Shown here in pieces: positions 7,217 to 13,356 of a stretch of DNA of 23,479 bases (its first letter is position 1; each line of letters begins with the position of its first letter). This stretch comes from Candidatus Thorarchaeota archaeon (lineage in GTDB: Archaea; Asgardarchaeota; Heimdallarchaeia; Heimdallarchaeales; Heimdallarchaeaceae). A program made the translations under genes and the position numbers. The DNA is taken from positions 1 to 23,479 of the forward strand of contig JBHLQZ010000009.1 in the NCBI GenBank assembly GCA_048883065.1. Direction: 5' to 3'. The notes under the pieces were generated by a model. The model made no database searches. It was not told where the DNA came from and was given only the letters and a program-made list of their open reading frames with translations.

Positions 7217-8331
7217 ATCTCTAATGCTGAAGCTATACCACCTTTTGGATATTCATAGCAACGAGCATAATCAGGTTCAATTGTAATTATTACTTGTTCA
7301 TTTTCCTTGAAGTAAACAGGATGTTTTGCATGTATTTTTATTTCTATAATTTGTTGATTTTCTAATTTAACTCTGACTCTTCTTAAAAGTCCTAAAAATC
7401 GATCTTGAATGACATTTCCTAGAAGATAGTTATTCTCTTTATTGGATATTTTTCTCTCTGAATCATGCTTTTGGATTTGAAAGAATTCTCTTCTAACAGC
7501 TACAGCTACTCTCCTTCCTCTAGGGATTCCCATATTATGAACATCTATCACAGATTTTCCTACTCTAACTTTAGCTAATTGTTCTTCATCATCAACTATA
7601 ACTCCCTCAAGGAAATCTGATTCTCCTACGAAAAATGAACTGAAGATATGGTTTGGAGAGAACAACAAATCAGCTGGTGTTCCAAACTGAATAAGTTGAC
7701 CTTTGTTCATAACAGCTACTCTATCACTTAGAATCAGAGCTTCAGATTGATCATGTGTTACATGAATAGCTGTTAATTTTTCTCTTTTCACCAGTTCTCT
7801 AAGGAAATCTTGAAATTCTTCTCTAATCTTCTGATCCAAAGCACCTAGAGGTTCATCAAGTAATAATAGTTGAGCTTCTGCTGCGAGGACTCTTGCTAAA
7901 GCAGTTTTTTGCCAATCAGGAGCTGAAAGTGATTCAGGATATAAGTCTGCTTTATCATGAATCTGTACAGATTTTAATGCTTTTTCAACTAATTCTTCTA
8001 TTTCTTTTCTGGTTTTCCCCCTTACTGTAGGACCATACGCTGCATTTTCCCAAACTGTCATATGAGGAAATATTGCAAAATGTTGAAAGACAAATCCAAT
8101 ATTACGGTCTTGGATGGAAAGATTCTCCATAGCAACATTATCAAAAAAAATCTTACCTCTTGTTGGTAGTATAGTCCCTGCAAGGAGACGCAGAGTTGTT
8201 GTTTTTCCACACCCTGAGGGACCTATGAGTGAGATATACTCACCATCATTTATAATAAAACTAAGATCTTTTACAGCTTCGACTCTTTTATCAAAGATTT
8301 TTGTTACATGTTGGAAACGTACTTCAGTCAT
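7213..8331 (-). CDS. ABC transporter ATP-binding protein with a C-terminal TOBE/OB-like extension; the signature motif is degenerate
   Basis: 372-aa ORF. Walker A is GPSGCGKTT. The Q-loop VFQHFAIFPHMTV, Walker B LLLLDEPLGALD and H-loop VTHD are all canonical. The signature position reads LSAPDWQKTALARV (LSAPD at nt 7915-7929) where LSGGQ is expected. The ATG at 8331 overlaps the permease stop by 8 nt. Confidence 0.9.
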   Translation of the reverse strand: MTEVRFQHVTKIFDKRVEAVKDLSFIINDGEYISLIGPSGCGKTTTLRLLAGTILPTRGKIFFDNVAMENLSIQDRNIGFVFQHFAIFPHMTVWENAAYGPTVRGKTRKEIEELVEKALKSVQIHDKADLYPESLSAPDWQKTALARVLAAEAQLLLLDEPLGALDQKIREEFQDFLRELVKREKLTAIHVTHDQSEALILSDRVAVMNKGQLIQFGTPADLLFSPNHIFSSFFVGESDFLEGVIVDDEEQLAKVRVGKSVIDVHNMGIPRGRRVAVAVRREFFQIQKHDSERKISNKENNYLLGNVIQDRFLGLLRRVRVKLENQQIIEIKIHAKHPVYFKENEQVIITIEPDYARCYEYPKGGIASALEM

Positions 8332-10054
8332 TTTTATCCCTCTTTGTTATTGATCTAAGTATAATTAACATGATGAATGAAATCACAATGAGAATTGTAG
8401 CAGCAAAAGCTGCAGCTGGAAAAGTTGAAGCTTCAAAGAAATCCACTAAGAGAACAGGAATAGTTCTTTCTACACCCATACAGATTATTGTTGCTCCTGT
8501 TTCACTCATAGATCGAGTAAAAGTCATTATTGCAGCAGCTATAAGTCCATTTCTTAGGAAAGGCATTGTAACTTTTCTAAATGCCGTGAACTTAGAAGCA
8601 CCGAAAGAGACAGCTGCTTCATCATACATTGTTGGTATAGCATCAAATGATCCAATTAGAGGTCTTACACAATAGGAGTAAGTGAAGGAGATATGAGCAA
8701 TAATTATCATAGCAAATCCAGGTGAGAGTATATGCATACCATTTGAACCCCATAAGAAGAAGATACTAAAACCTAAAGCTGAGCTTGGAATTACTAAAGG
8801 AATATCAATTAATGAATCAAGAAATCCTTTCGCTTTTTTATTTCTCATTTTCGAAATTAGAAAAGCCATAGGTGTTGCTATTACTACATTGATTACAGTC
8901 ACAATTAGTGCTATTTCTAGTGACGTCACTAATGAATTAATGATGCTCGTGATTTTTTTATCAGGAGCTTGAAAAACCTGGTAAATCATACCAGCTTGTG
9001 GATCTCCTGAAAATGGAGATTTTCCCCACCATTGAAATAAGAAAATAATTACAAAAAGAGCAGGAATGAAAACTATTAGGAAGAAAATTACTAAAGATAA
9101 AGTATCTCTTGTTCTTGCAACCTTTTTAGAACTTAACTTTCTTTCAAATTTAGGAAAAACTTTATTCCATGGAAGCCCAACTTTTCGTGCAAAAAGCCTA
9201 ACCAAAGCAAGTAATAAAAGGCTAATCACAATAAGAATAAAAGCAAGAAAGGCTGTTGTAGGAATCTCTAATCCTTTCATCCAACTAACTATTACTACAG
9301 GAGCTGTTTGATAAACACCACTAACTATCAAAGTTGCTCCAGTTTCACCAAGTGATCTTGTAAAAGCAAGAACTGTACCAGCAAGCAATCCCTCTTTTAC
9401 CATTGGTAAAGAAATCATTCTTGCAATTGTAAATGGTGGTGCACCTAATGTTCTGCCAGCTTTTTCTAAATTCAAATCTAAATCCGATATAATGCCTTTT
9501 ATTGAACGAGTAACATATGGAAAAGTAAAAGCAACATGTGCAAGAATAATCAAGAGTATTCCTTGGGAGACAAATCCAACTTGAGAATTGTATAATTTAG
9601 AAATACCATTAGTTGTTCCCCAAAATAAGTAAATTGAGAATCCAAGTGCGCTAGTTGGAACTGCCATTGGCATGTCTACAAGAGTATCCAGAATATTTTT
9701 TCCTCTGAAATTGTATCTAGCCAAAATCCAAGCTATAGGAATTCCAACTATTATATCAAAGATTGTTACAATTGCAGCTATTTTTAATGAAAGCCCTATT
9801 GACCTTAACATTATTAGGAATGCTTCATTTCCTAAAATAGGATCATTAAATACTGTCTCATTAATCTCTCCCCAACTTAATAATATCTGAAATAGAAGAT
9901 AGATTATTGGTCCAAGAACTATTAAAACAAAAATTACAATGGTTAAAACTTTACCAATTGTTAACACATTATCTTTAGATAACCATTTTTCAGTTGAAAG
10001 TAATGCCTTTCTTAGTTTCACTTCAGTATCTAAATGTTGTTTTTCTGCAACCAT
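8324..10054 (-). CDS. fused two-domain ABC importer permease (two BPD_transp_1-type halves), ModB/CysTW-like
   Basis: 576-aa polytopic ORF. It has two EAA-loop regions (LEKAGRTLGAPPFTIARMISLPMVKEGLLAG and YDEAAVSFGASKFTAFRKVTMPFLRNGLIAAA). Each is followed by a motif like LAFTRSLGETGATLIVSG or MTFTRSMSETGATIICMG, which matches the LAFARSLGEFGAT motif I remember from E. coli ModB. The ATG directly abuts the stop of the binding-protein gene (TAGATG). Confidence 0.85.
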   Translation of the reverse strand: MVAEKQHLDTEVKLRKALLSTEKWLSKDNVLTIGKVLTIVIFVLIVLGPIIYLLFQILLSWGEINETVFNDPILGNEAFLIMLRSIGLSLKIAAIVTIFDIIVGIPIAWILARYNFRGKNILDTLVDMPMAVPTSALGFSIYLFWGTTNGISKLYNSQVGFVSQGILLIILAHVAFTFPYVTRSIKGIISDLDLNLEKAGRTLGAPPFTIARMISLPMVKEGLLAGTVLAFTRSLGETGATLIVSGVYQTAPVVIVSWMKGLEIPTTAFLAFILIVISLLLLALVRLFARKVGLPWNKVFPKFERKLSSKKVARTRDTLSLVIFFLIVFIPALFVIIFLFQWWGKSPFSGDPQAGMIYQVFQAPDKKITSIINSLVTSLEIALIVTVINVVIATPMAFLISKMRNKKAKGFLDSLIDIPLVIPSSALGFSIFFLWGSNGMHILSPGFAMIIIAHISFTYSYCVRPLIGSFDAIPTMYDEAAVSFGASKFTAFRKVTMPFLRNGLIAAAIMTFTRSMSETGATIICMGVERTIPVLLVDFFEASTFPAAAFAATILIVISFIMLIILRSITKRDKND

Positions 10055-11431
10055 CTATTTTTCCCTCCTTCTTCTGAGAACAGCAGTAATAACAAATAAG
10101 GTACCTATCATCAATGGTATCAAAATATATGCTTGAATTCCAACTTGCCAGTATTCTGAATCTTCAGCTTGTTCTAAAGTTGTAGCTCTTGTCTTAAGCC
10201 ACAAATCAGGGATTCTATCCAAAACTTCAGCATCAGTTGGTACATCAAATTTTGGTATGGTAATATTAAGACTGACCCCATTTTCAGATCTGAATATTTG
10301 CTGCATTTCTGCTATCATATCTGTATCATTAACAAGATTTTCATTACCCGGTCTAAAACCAAAGGGAACAGCTTGAAGTTGTCTTTCTTTACTTAAGAGA
10401 AAAGTTTCAAACTCTTGAGCTGCATATGCTTCATCTGCAGAAACCCAAGAAGCATTTAGATTTACAATTGGATGATCACTCCATAATGTTCCTTCTTCAG
10501 GATACACTGCAACTAGATTATCCCCCCATTTAGCTAGTGCTTCTCCATCTTTTGCAGTCTCAATAATAAGATTCTCATAAAGAATCATTACATTAATTTC
10601 TGAAGGTCCTAATTGCACTGCTTGTTTAGCAAGAAAACCAGTTGAAGTCCCATAAAGTACAGCTTTTGATTCAACTTTTTCAAGCCATTCTTGTATTGTT
10701 GCATTTTGCAAATCTACCATTTCAATCTGATTAGGAAGCTTTCTACTAGCTGCAGTTACTTCTAATAATACTGCCATGTAACCTGAATTGGATTCTTGAG
10801 CTGAGGTATGAGCTAATCTTAAATCCCCCTCTGCTAATGTGTATAAATCTGCCCAAGATGTGAAATTATTTAAATCTCTATAGCTTTGCCAAGAACCTAA
10901 GATTATAGGTGATGCAACTAAAGATTTCACTTGGTCTGTATCAATTATTGAATTTCCAAATTTCTTTTGCCACGCCCAATCAAAAAGAGGAACCCAAACA
11001 GAAGCTGCGGGACTCCATATTGCTGGTTTACTTTCGCCTGAAAGAATAGATAACATTGATGTTCGAGTTCCTAAAACCTCAAACTGTAATCTTACTTTTT
11101 TATCAGGATTTCTAGATGCAAACCATTCAGGAAAATCTGGAGCTATAGAATTTATCCAACCTTTTTTCTCACTAGTATAAAGAACATTCAAAACTATTTC
11201 GCCTTTCTTTCCCCCAAACTGAAGTTGCCGTACAACATCTAAAGCAACAACAGATAGAATCAAAATTAAAATAAAAACGATGGTTGGAATTTTTTTCTTC
11301 GCCAATTTTAATCCTCTTGATAGGAATGATATTGAAGTGATTTTTGATTTTAGTTTTTCATACTTATTATTAATATTATGCAAGTAACTTTCGATTTCCA
11401 TAAACAGATTCTTTATTGAATTATAACCCAT
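10055..11431 (-). CDS. ABC transporter substrate-binding protein (periplasmic-binding-protein fold, ModA/SBP_bac_11-like) with both N- and C-terminal membrane anchors
   Basis: 458-aa ORF. The N-terminal hydrophobic anchor is IPTIVFILILILSVVALDVV. The body carries motifs such as LSGESKPAIWSPAASVWVPL and SNSGYMAVLLEV, typical of type-2 solute-binding proteins of the anion/iron clan. The C-terminal helix and basic tail are YILIPLMIGTLFVITAVLRRRREK. It is the first gene of the operon. Confidence 0.7.
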   Translation of the reverse strand: MGYNSIKNLFMEIESYLHNINNKYEKLKSKITSISFLSRGLKLAKKKIPTIVFILILILSVVALDVVRQLQFGGKKGEIVLNVLYTSEKKGWINSIAPDFPEWFASRNPDKKVRLQFEVLGTRTSMLSILSGESKPAIWSPAASVWVPLFDWAWQKKFGNSIIDTDQVKSLVASPIILGSWQSYRDLNNFTSWADLYTLAEGDLRLAHTSAQESNSGYMAVLLEVTAASRKLPNQIEMVDLQNATIQEWLEKVESKAVLYGTSTGFLAKQAVQLGPSEINVMILYENLIIETAKDGEALAKWGDNLVAVYPEEGTLWSDHPIVNLNASWVSADEAYAAQEFETFLLSKERQLQAVPFGFRPGNENLVNDTDMIAEMQQIFRSENGVSLNITIPKFDVPTDAEVLDRIPDLWLKTRATTLEQAEDSEYWQVGIQAYILIPLMIGTLFVITAVLRRRREK

Positions 11432-11497
11432 AAAACGATAGGTTTATATTTGTAAGTGTTTAATAAATATTGAATAATAACCCAAAAGGTGAAAATA

Positions 11498-11842
11498 ATG
11501 TATAGATCAAGAAGATTTGGACCAGGATCAGGTTATGGTCGAGGTTTAGGTTATGGTAGGGGATGGGGAAGAGGATATGGAATAGGAGGAAGAAGATATT
11601 ATAGTCCTTATTGTGATTGGTTTCCAGACCTTCCAAGAGGTTGGTGGGCTATGCCAGAGTATCAATCAAGATTAAAGGACACAGGTTTTGTTCCACCACC
11701 AGAATCAGCAAGATGGGATCCTTATGGTGTTCCTAAAAGTCCAGAAGCAATTGATTATGAAATATCAATAGTAGAGAAACAAATTGAAAGTCTTAAAGAA
11801 GAAATCGAATACCTAAAATCATTAAGGAAACCAGCAAAATAG
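11498..11842 (+). CDS. DUF5320-like protein: Gly/Arg/Tyr-rich N-terminus plus a C-terminal coiled coil
   Basis: The ORF track starts at GTG 11489. I prefer ATG 11498 because AGGTGA lies 5 nt upstream of it. The sequence MYRSRRFGPGSGYGRGLGYGRGWGRGYGIGGRRYY, then ...LPRGWW..., then a heptad-like tail EKQIESLKEEIEYLKSLRK matches my memory of DUF5320 architecture (GRG-rich region, GW motif, C-terminal coiled coil). Confidence 0.6.
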   Translation: MYRSRRFGPGSGYGRGLGYGRGWGRGYGIGGRRYYSPYCDWFPDLPRGWWAMPEYQSRLKDTGFVPPPESARWDPYGVPKSPEAIDYEISIVEKQIESLKEEIEYLKSLRKPAK

Positions 11843-11858
11843 ATTCGTACTCAAAACC

Positions 11859-11877
11859 TTTTTAATTTCTTTTTTTT
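11859..11877 (+). terminator. oligo-T tracts (T5 and T8) after the DUF5320-like gene; possible archaeal-type terminator or attenuator
   Basis: T5 at 11859-11863 and T8 at 11870-11877 begin 17 nt after the TAG at 11840-11842. Archaeal RNA polymerase terminates at oligo-T. T-runs are common in AT-rich DNA, so this is weak evidence. Confidence 0.25.
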
Positions 11878-11900
11878 CATGATAGATATAGGTCTTCAAA

Positions 11901-12233
11901 ATGTCAGATCCAGAAGGGTATAGTTTCCAAAGAGGTGGAAGACATGGTCGGGGTAGAGGTCGGAGATATCATAGAGGGATAGGAAGACCACCTGTTTCTT
12001 ATCCTATAGACATAAACCGGAGGATCACTGAAGATCAAATTGCAATTGAATTGACTAGTTTTGAATTACAAATATTACAACTCTCTGATTTAGAAGGATT
12101 AACACAACAAGAAATCGCAGAGAAATTAAATATATCTCAAACATCTGTCTGGAGATATCTGAAATCAATTCGATTAAAATTAGCAGAAGCAATAAGTCAA
12201 CATAATCAGATTAATATTAAAATCATTGATTAG
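11901..12233 (+). CDS. DUF134-like HTH protein (sigma-70 region-4-like), atypical paralogue with an RG-rich N-terminus
   Basis: 110-aa ORF. The HTH core LTSFELQILQLSDLEGLTQQEIAEKLNISQTSVWRYLKSIRLKLAEAI fits the DUF134/UPF0251 pattern (L..dE.EalRL.D.egl.qeeaAe.mgvSr.T..r.l..AR.K.A.AL). The N-terminus is RGGRHGRGRGRRYHRGIGRPP in place of the usual Cys/FKP.G.P motif. Confidence 0.65.
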   Translation: MSDPEGYSFQRGGRHGRGRGRRYHRGIGRPPVSYPIDINRRITEDQIAIELTSFELQILQLSDLEGLTQQEIAEKLNISQTSVWRYLKSIRLKLAEAISQHNQINIKIID

Positions 12234-12284
12234 TATAAAGTGATATTTCTATATACTAATAATGTCCTATTCTTTTTAATAACT

Positions 12285-12302
12285 TATGAATAATTATTCA
12301 TA
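12285..12302. promoter_or_regulatory. 18-bp perfect palindrome TATGAATAATTATTCATA, candidate operator upstream of the canonical DUF134 gene
   Basis: I checked base by base: 12285-12293 (tatgaataa) is the exact reverse complement of 12294-12302 (ttattcata). It lies 39 nt upstream of ATG 12341 and immediately downstream of a TATA-like CTTTTTAATA (12272-12281). Confidence 0.4.
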
Positions 12303-12340
12303 CCTAAACATTTATTTAAGTAAAGAATAATTTGATTTTG

Positions 12341-12658
12341 ATGGTTCAAAAACGTAAATTAGAACGAAAATGCATTGATTATGAGAGTAATGTTTACAAA
12401 CCTATTGGAATCCCCATGAAGGATCTAAAGATTCAAAATTTAACAAAAGAAGAGGTTACAGCAATATATTATGCAGATTATATAGGGCTTAAGCAGAATG
12501 AATCTGCTGAGAAAATGGGAATATCTCAACCCTCTTTTAGTCGTGAGCTCAATATGGCTCACACTAAGATAGCATGTGCATTCTTTCATGGTTTTGCTAT
12601 ACAATTTGGATCTGGGCCATCTGAAAATTCTGATGAAAAAGAAAACGAAGTGAAATAA
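12341..12658 (+). CDS. DUF134 (UPF0251) family HTH protein, canonical paralogue
   Basis: The ORF track starts at TTG 12332. ATG 12341 is more likely (MVQKRKLERKCIDYESNVYKPIGIP...). The canonical N-terminal K-C-x-motif and YKPIGIP are present, followed by LTKEEVTAIYYADYIGLKQNESAEKMGISQPSFSRELNMAHTKIACAFFHGFAIQF. The stop overlaps the next ATG (TAATG at 12656-12660). Confidence 0.8.
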   Translation: MVQKRKLERKCIDYESNVYKPIGIPMKDLKIQNLTKEEVTAIYYADYIGLKQNESAEKMGISQPSFSRELNMAHTKIACAFFHGFAIQFGSGPSENSDEKENEVK

Positions 12659-12987
12659 TGAAAATTGCAATACCAATAATAGAAAAAAATGAAACAAGTC
12701 AGATGTCAGATAGATTTGGTAGATCTTCTTATTATCTGATTTATGATAGCGAAAGTTCAGAAATAGAAATAATTGATAATCCCGCAGTACAAGCTAGAGG
12801 AGGAGCGGGTATTCAAGCAGTTCAATTTCTAATTTCTCAAGATGTAAAAGCAGTAATAGCACCAGAAGTTGGTCCTAATGCATTCAAAGTTCTAAGAGGT
12901 TCAAATACTAGAATCTACAAAGGGATTAAAACCTCAGCTAAAGAACTAATTGAAAAATGGAAAAATAATGAATTAGATGAAATTTAG
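12658..12987 (+). CDS. NifX/NifB-C-terminal-like small protein (Nitro_FeMo-Co domain), Cys-free paralogue
   Basis: 109-aa ORF. MKIAIPIIEKNETSQMSDRFGRSSYYLIYDSESSEIEIIDNP...GAGIQAVQFLISQDVKAVIAPEVGPNAFKVLRGSNTRIY fits the MkIAvp......v..hFGra..f.iyd.......vi.n...........a..l...gv.vvi....G..a...L...gI.v pattern. It contains no cysteine. Confidence 0.85.
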   Translation: MKIAIPIIEKNETSQMSDRFGRSSYYLIYDSESSEIEIIDNPAVQARGGAGIQAVQFLISQDVKAVIAPEVGPNAFKVLRGSNTRIYKGIKTSAKELIEKWKNNELDEI

Positions 12988-12995
12988 GTGATGAA

Positions 12996-13343
12996 ATGAA
13001 ATATGCAATACCCTCACTTGGAGATAAAGGATTAGAAGATGAATTAGGTTATCATTTTGGTAGATCACCATTCTTTACAATATGGGATGATGAAACTAAT
13101 GAAATTGAAGTTATAGAAAATAGGAGTGATCATTTTGGAGGAAAAGGTCTTCCTGCAGAATTTTTAAAAGAGCACTGTAATGGTCTCATTTGTGGAGGAA
13201 TTGGATCTAGAGCAATATCTCTGTGTGCTCAACTAGGTTTAAGAGTTTTCGTTGGAGCAGAAGGAAAGATCAGTAAAGTTATTTCTGATTTTAAAGAAGG
13301 CAAATTACGAGAAGCAACCTCTGGTGATGGTTGTAAACATTAG
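12996..13343 (+). CDS. NifX/NifB-C-terminal-like small protein (Nitro_FeMo-Co domain), Cys-containing paralogue
   Basis: 115-aa ORF with AGGTGA 4 nt upstream of the ATG. The sequence is MKYAIPSLGDKGLEDELGYHFGRSPFFTIWDDETNEIEVIENRSDHFGG...LKEHCNGLICGGIGSRAISLCAQLGLRVFVG. It has four Cys, including a C-terminal GDGCKH. Confidence 0.85.
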   Translation: MKYAIPSLGDKGLEDELGYHFGRSPFFTIWDDETNEIEVIENRSDHFGGKGLPAEFLKEHCNGLICGGIGSRAISLCAQLGLRVFVGAEGKISKVISDFKEGKLREATSGDGCKH

Positions 13344-13356
13344 ATTAGTGACTGGA

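Noticed and set aside
8114-10136. Plus-strand ORFs at 8114-8353, 8301-8675, 9066-9311, 9672-9890 and 9939-10136 lie opposite the ATPase and permease genes.
   Set aside because: They are antisense shadows of strongly supported ABC transporter genes, with no motifs and no ribosome-binding sites.
12440-12697. An 85-aa minus-strand ORF lies across the DUF134/NifX-like junction.
   Set aside because: It is antisense to two family-matched genes, and its Phe/Leu-rich translation is typical of a shadow frame.
13252-13356. A 5-prime extension of the first MinD-ferredoxin ORF (the track starts at 13252) overlaps the second NifX-like gene by 92 nt.
   Set aside because: The extension (MEQKERSVKLFLILKKANYEKQPLV...) has no family-like sequence and lies inside the preceding well-supported CDS in another frame. 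The in-frame ATG at 13357 gives the typical MVQIAVVSGKGGTGKT N-terminus.
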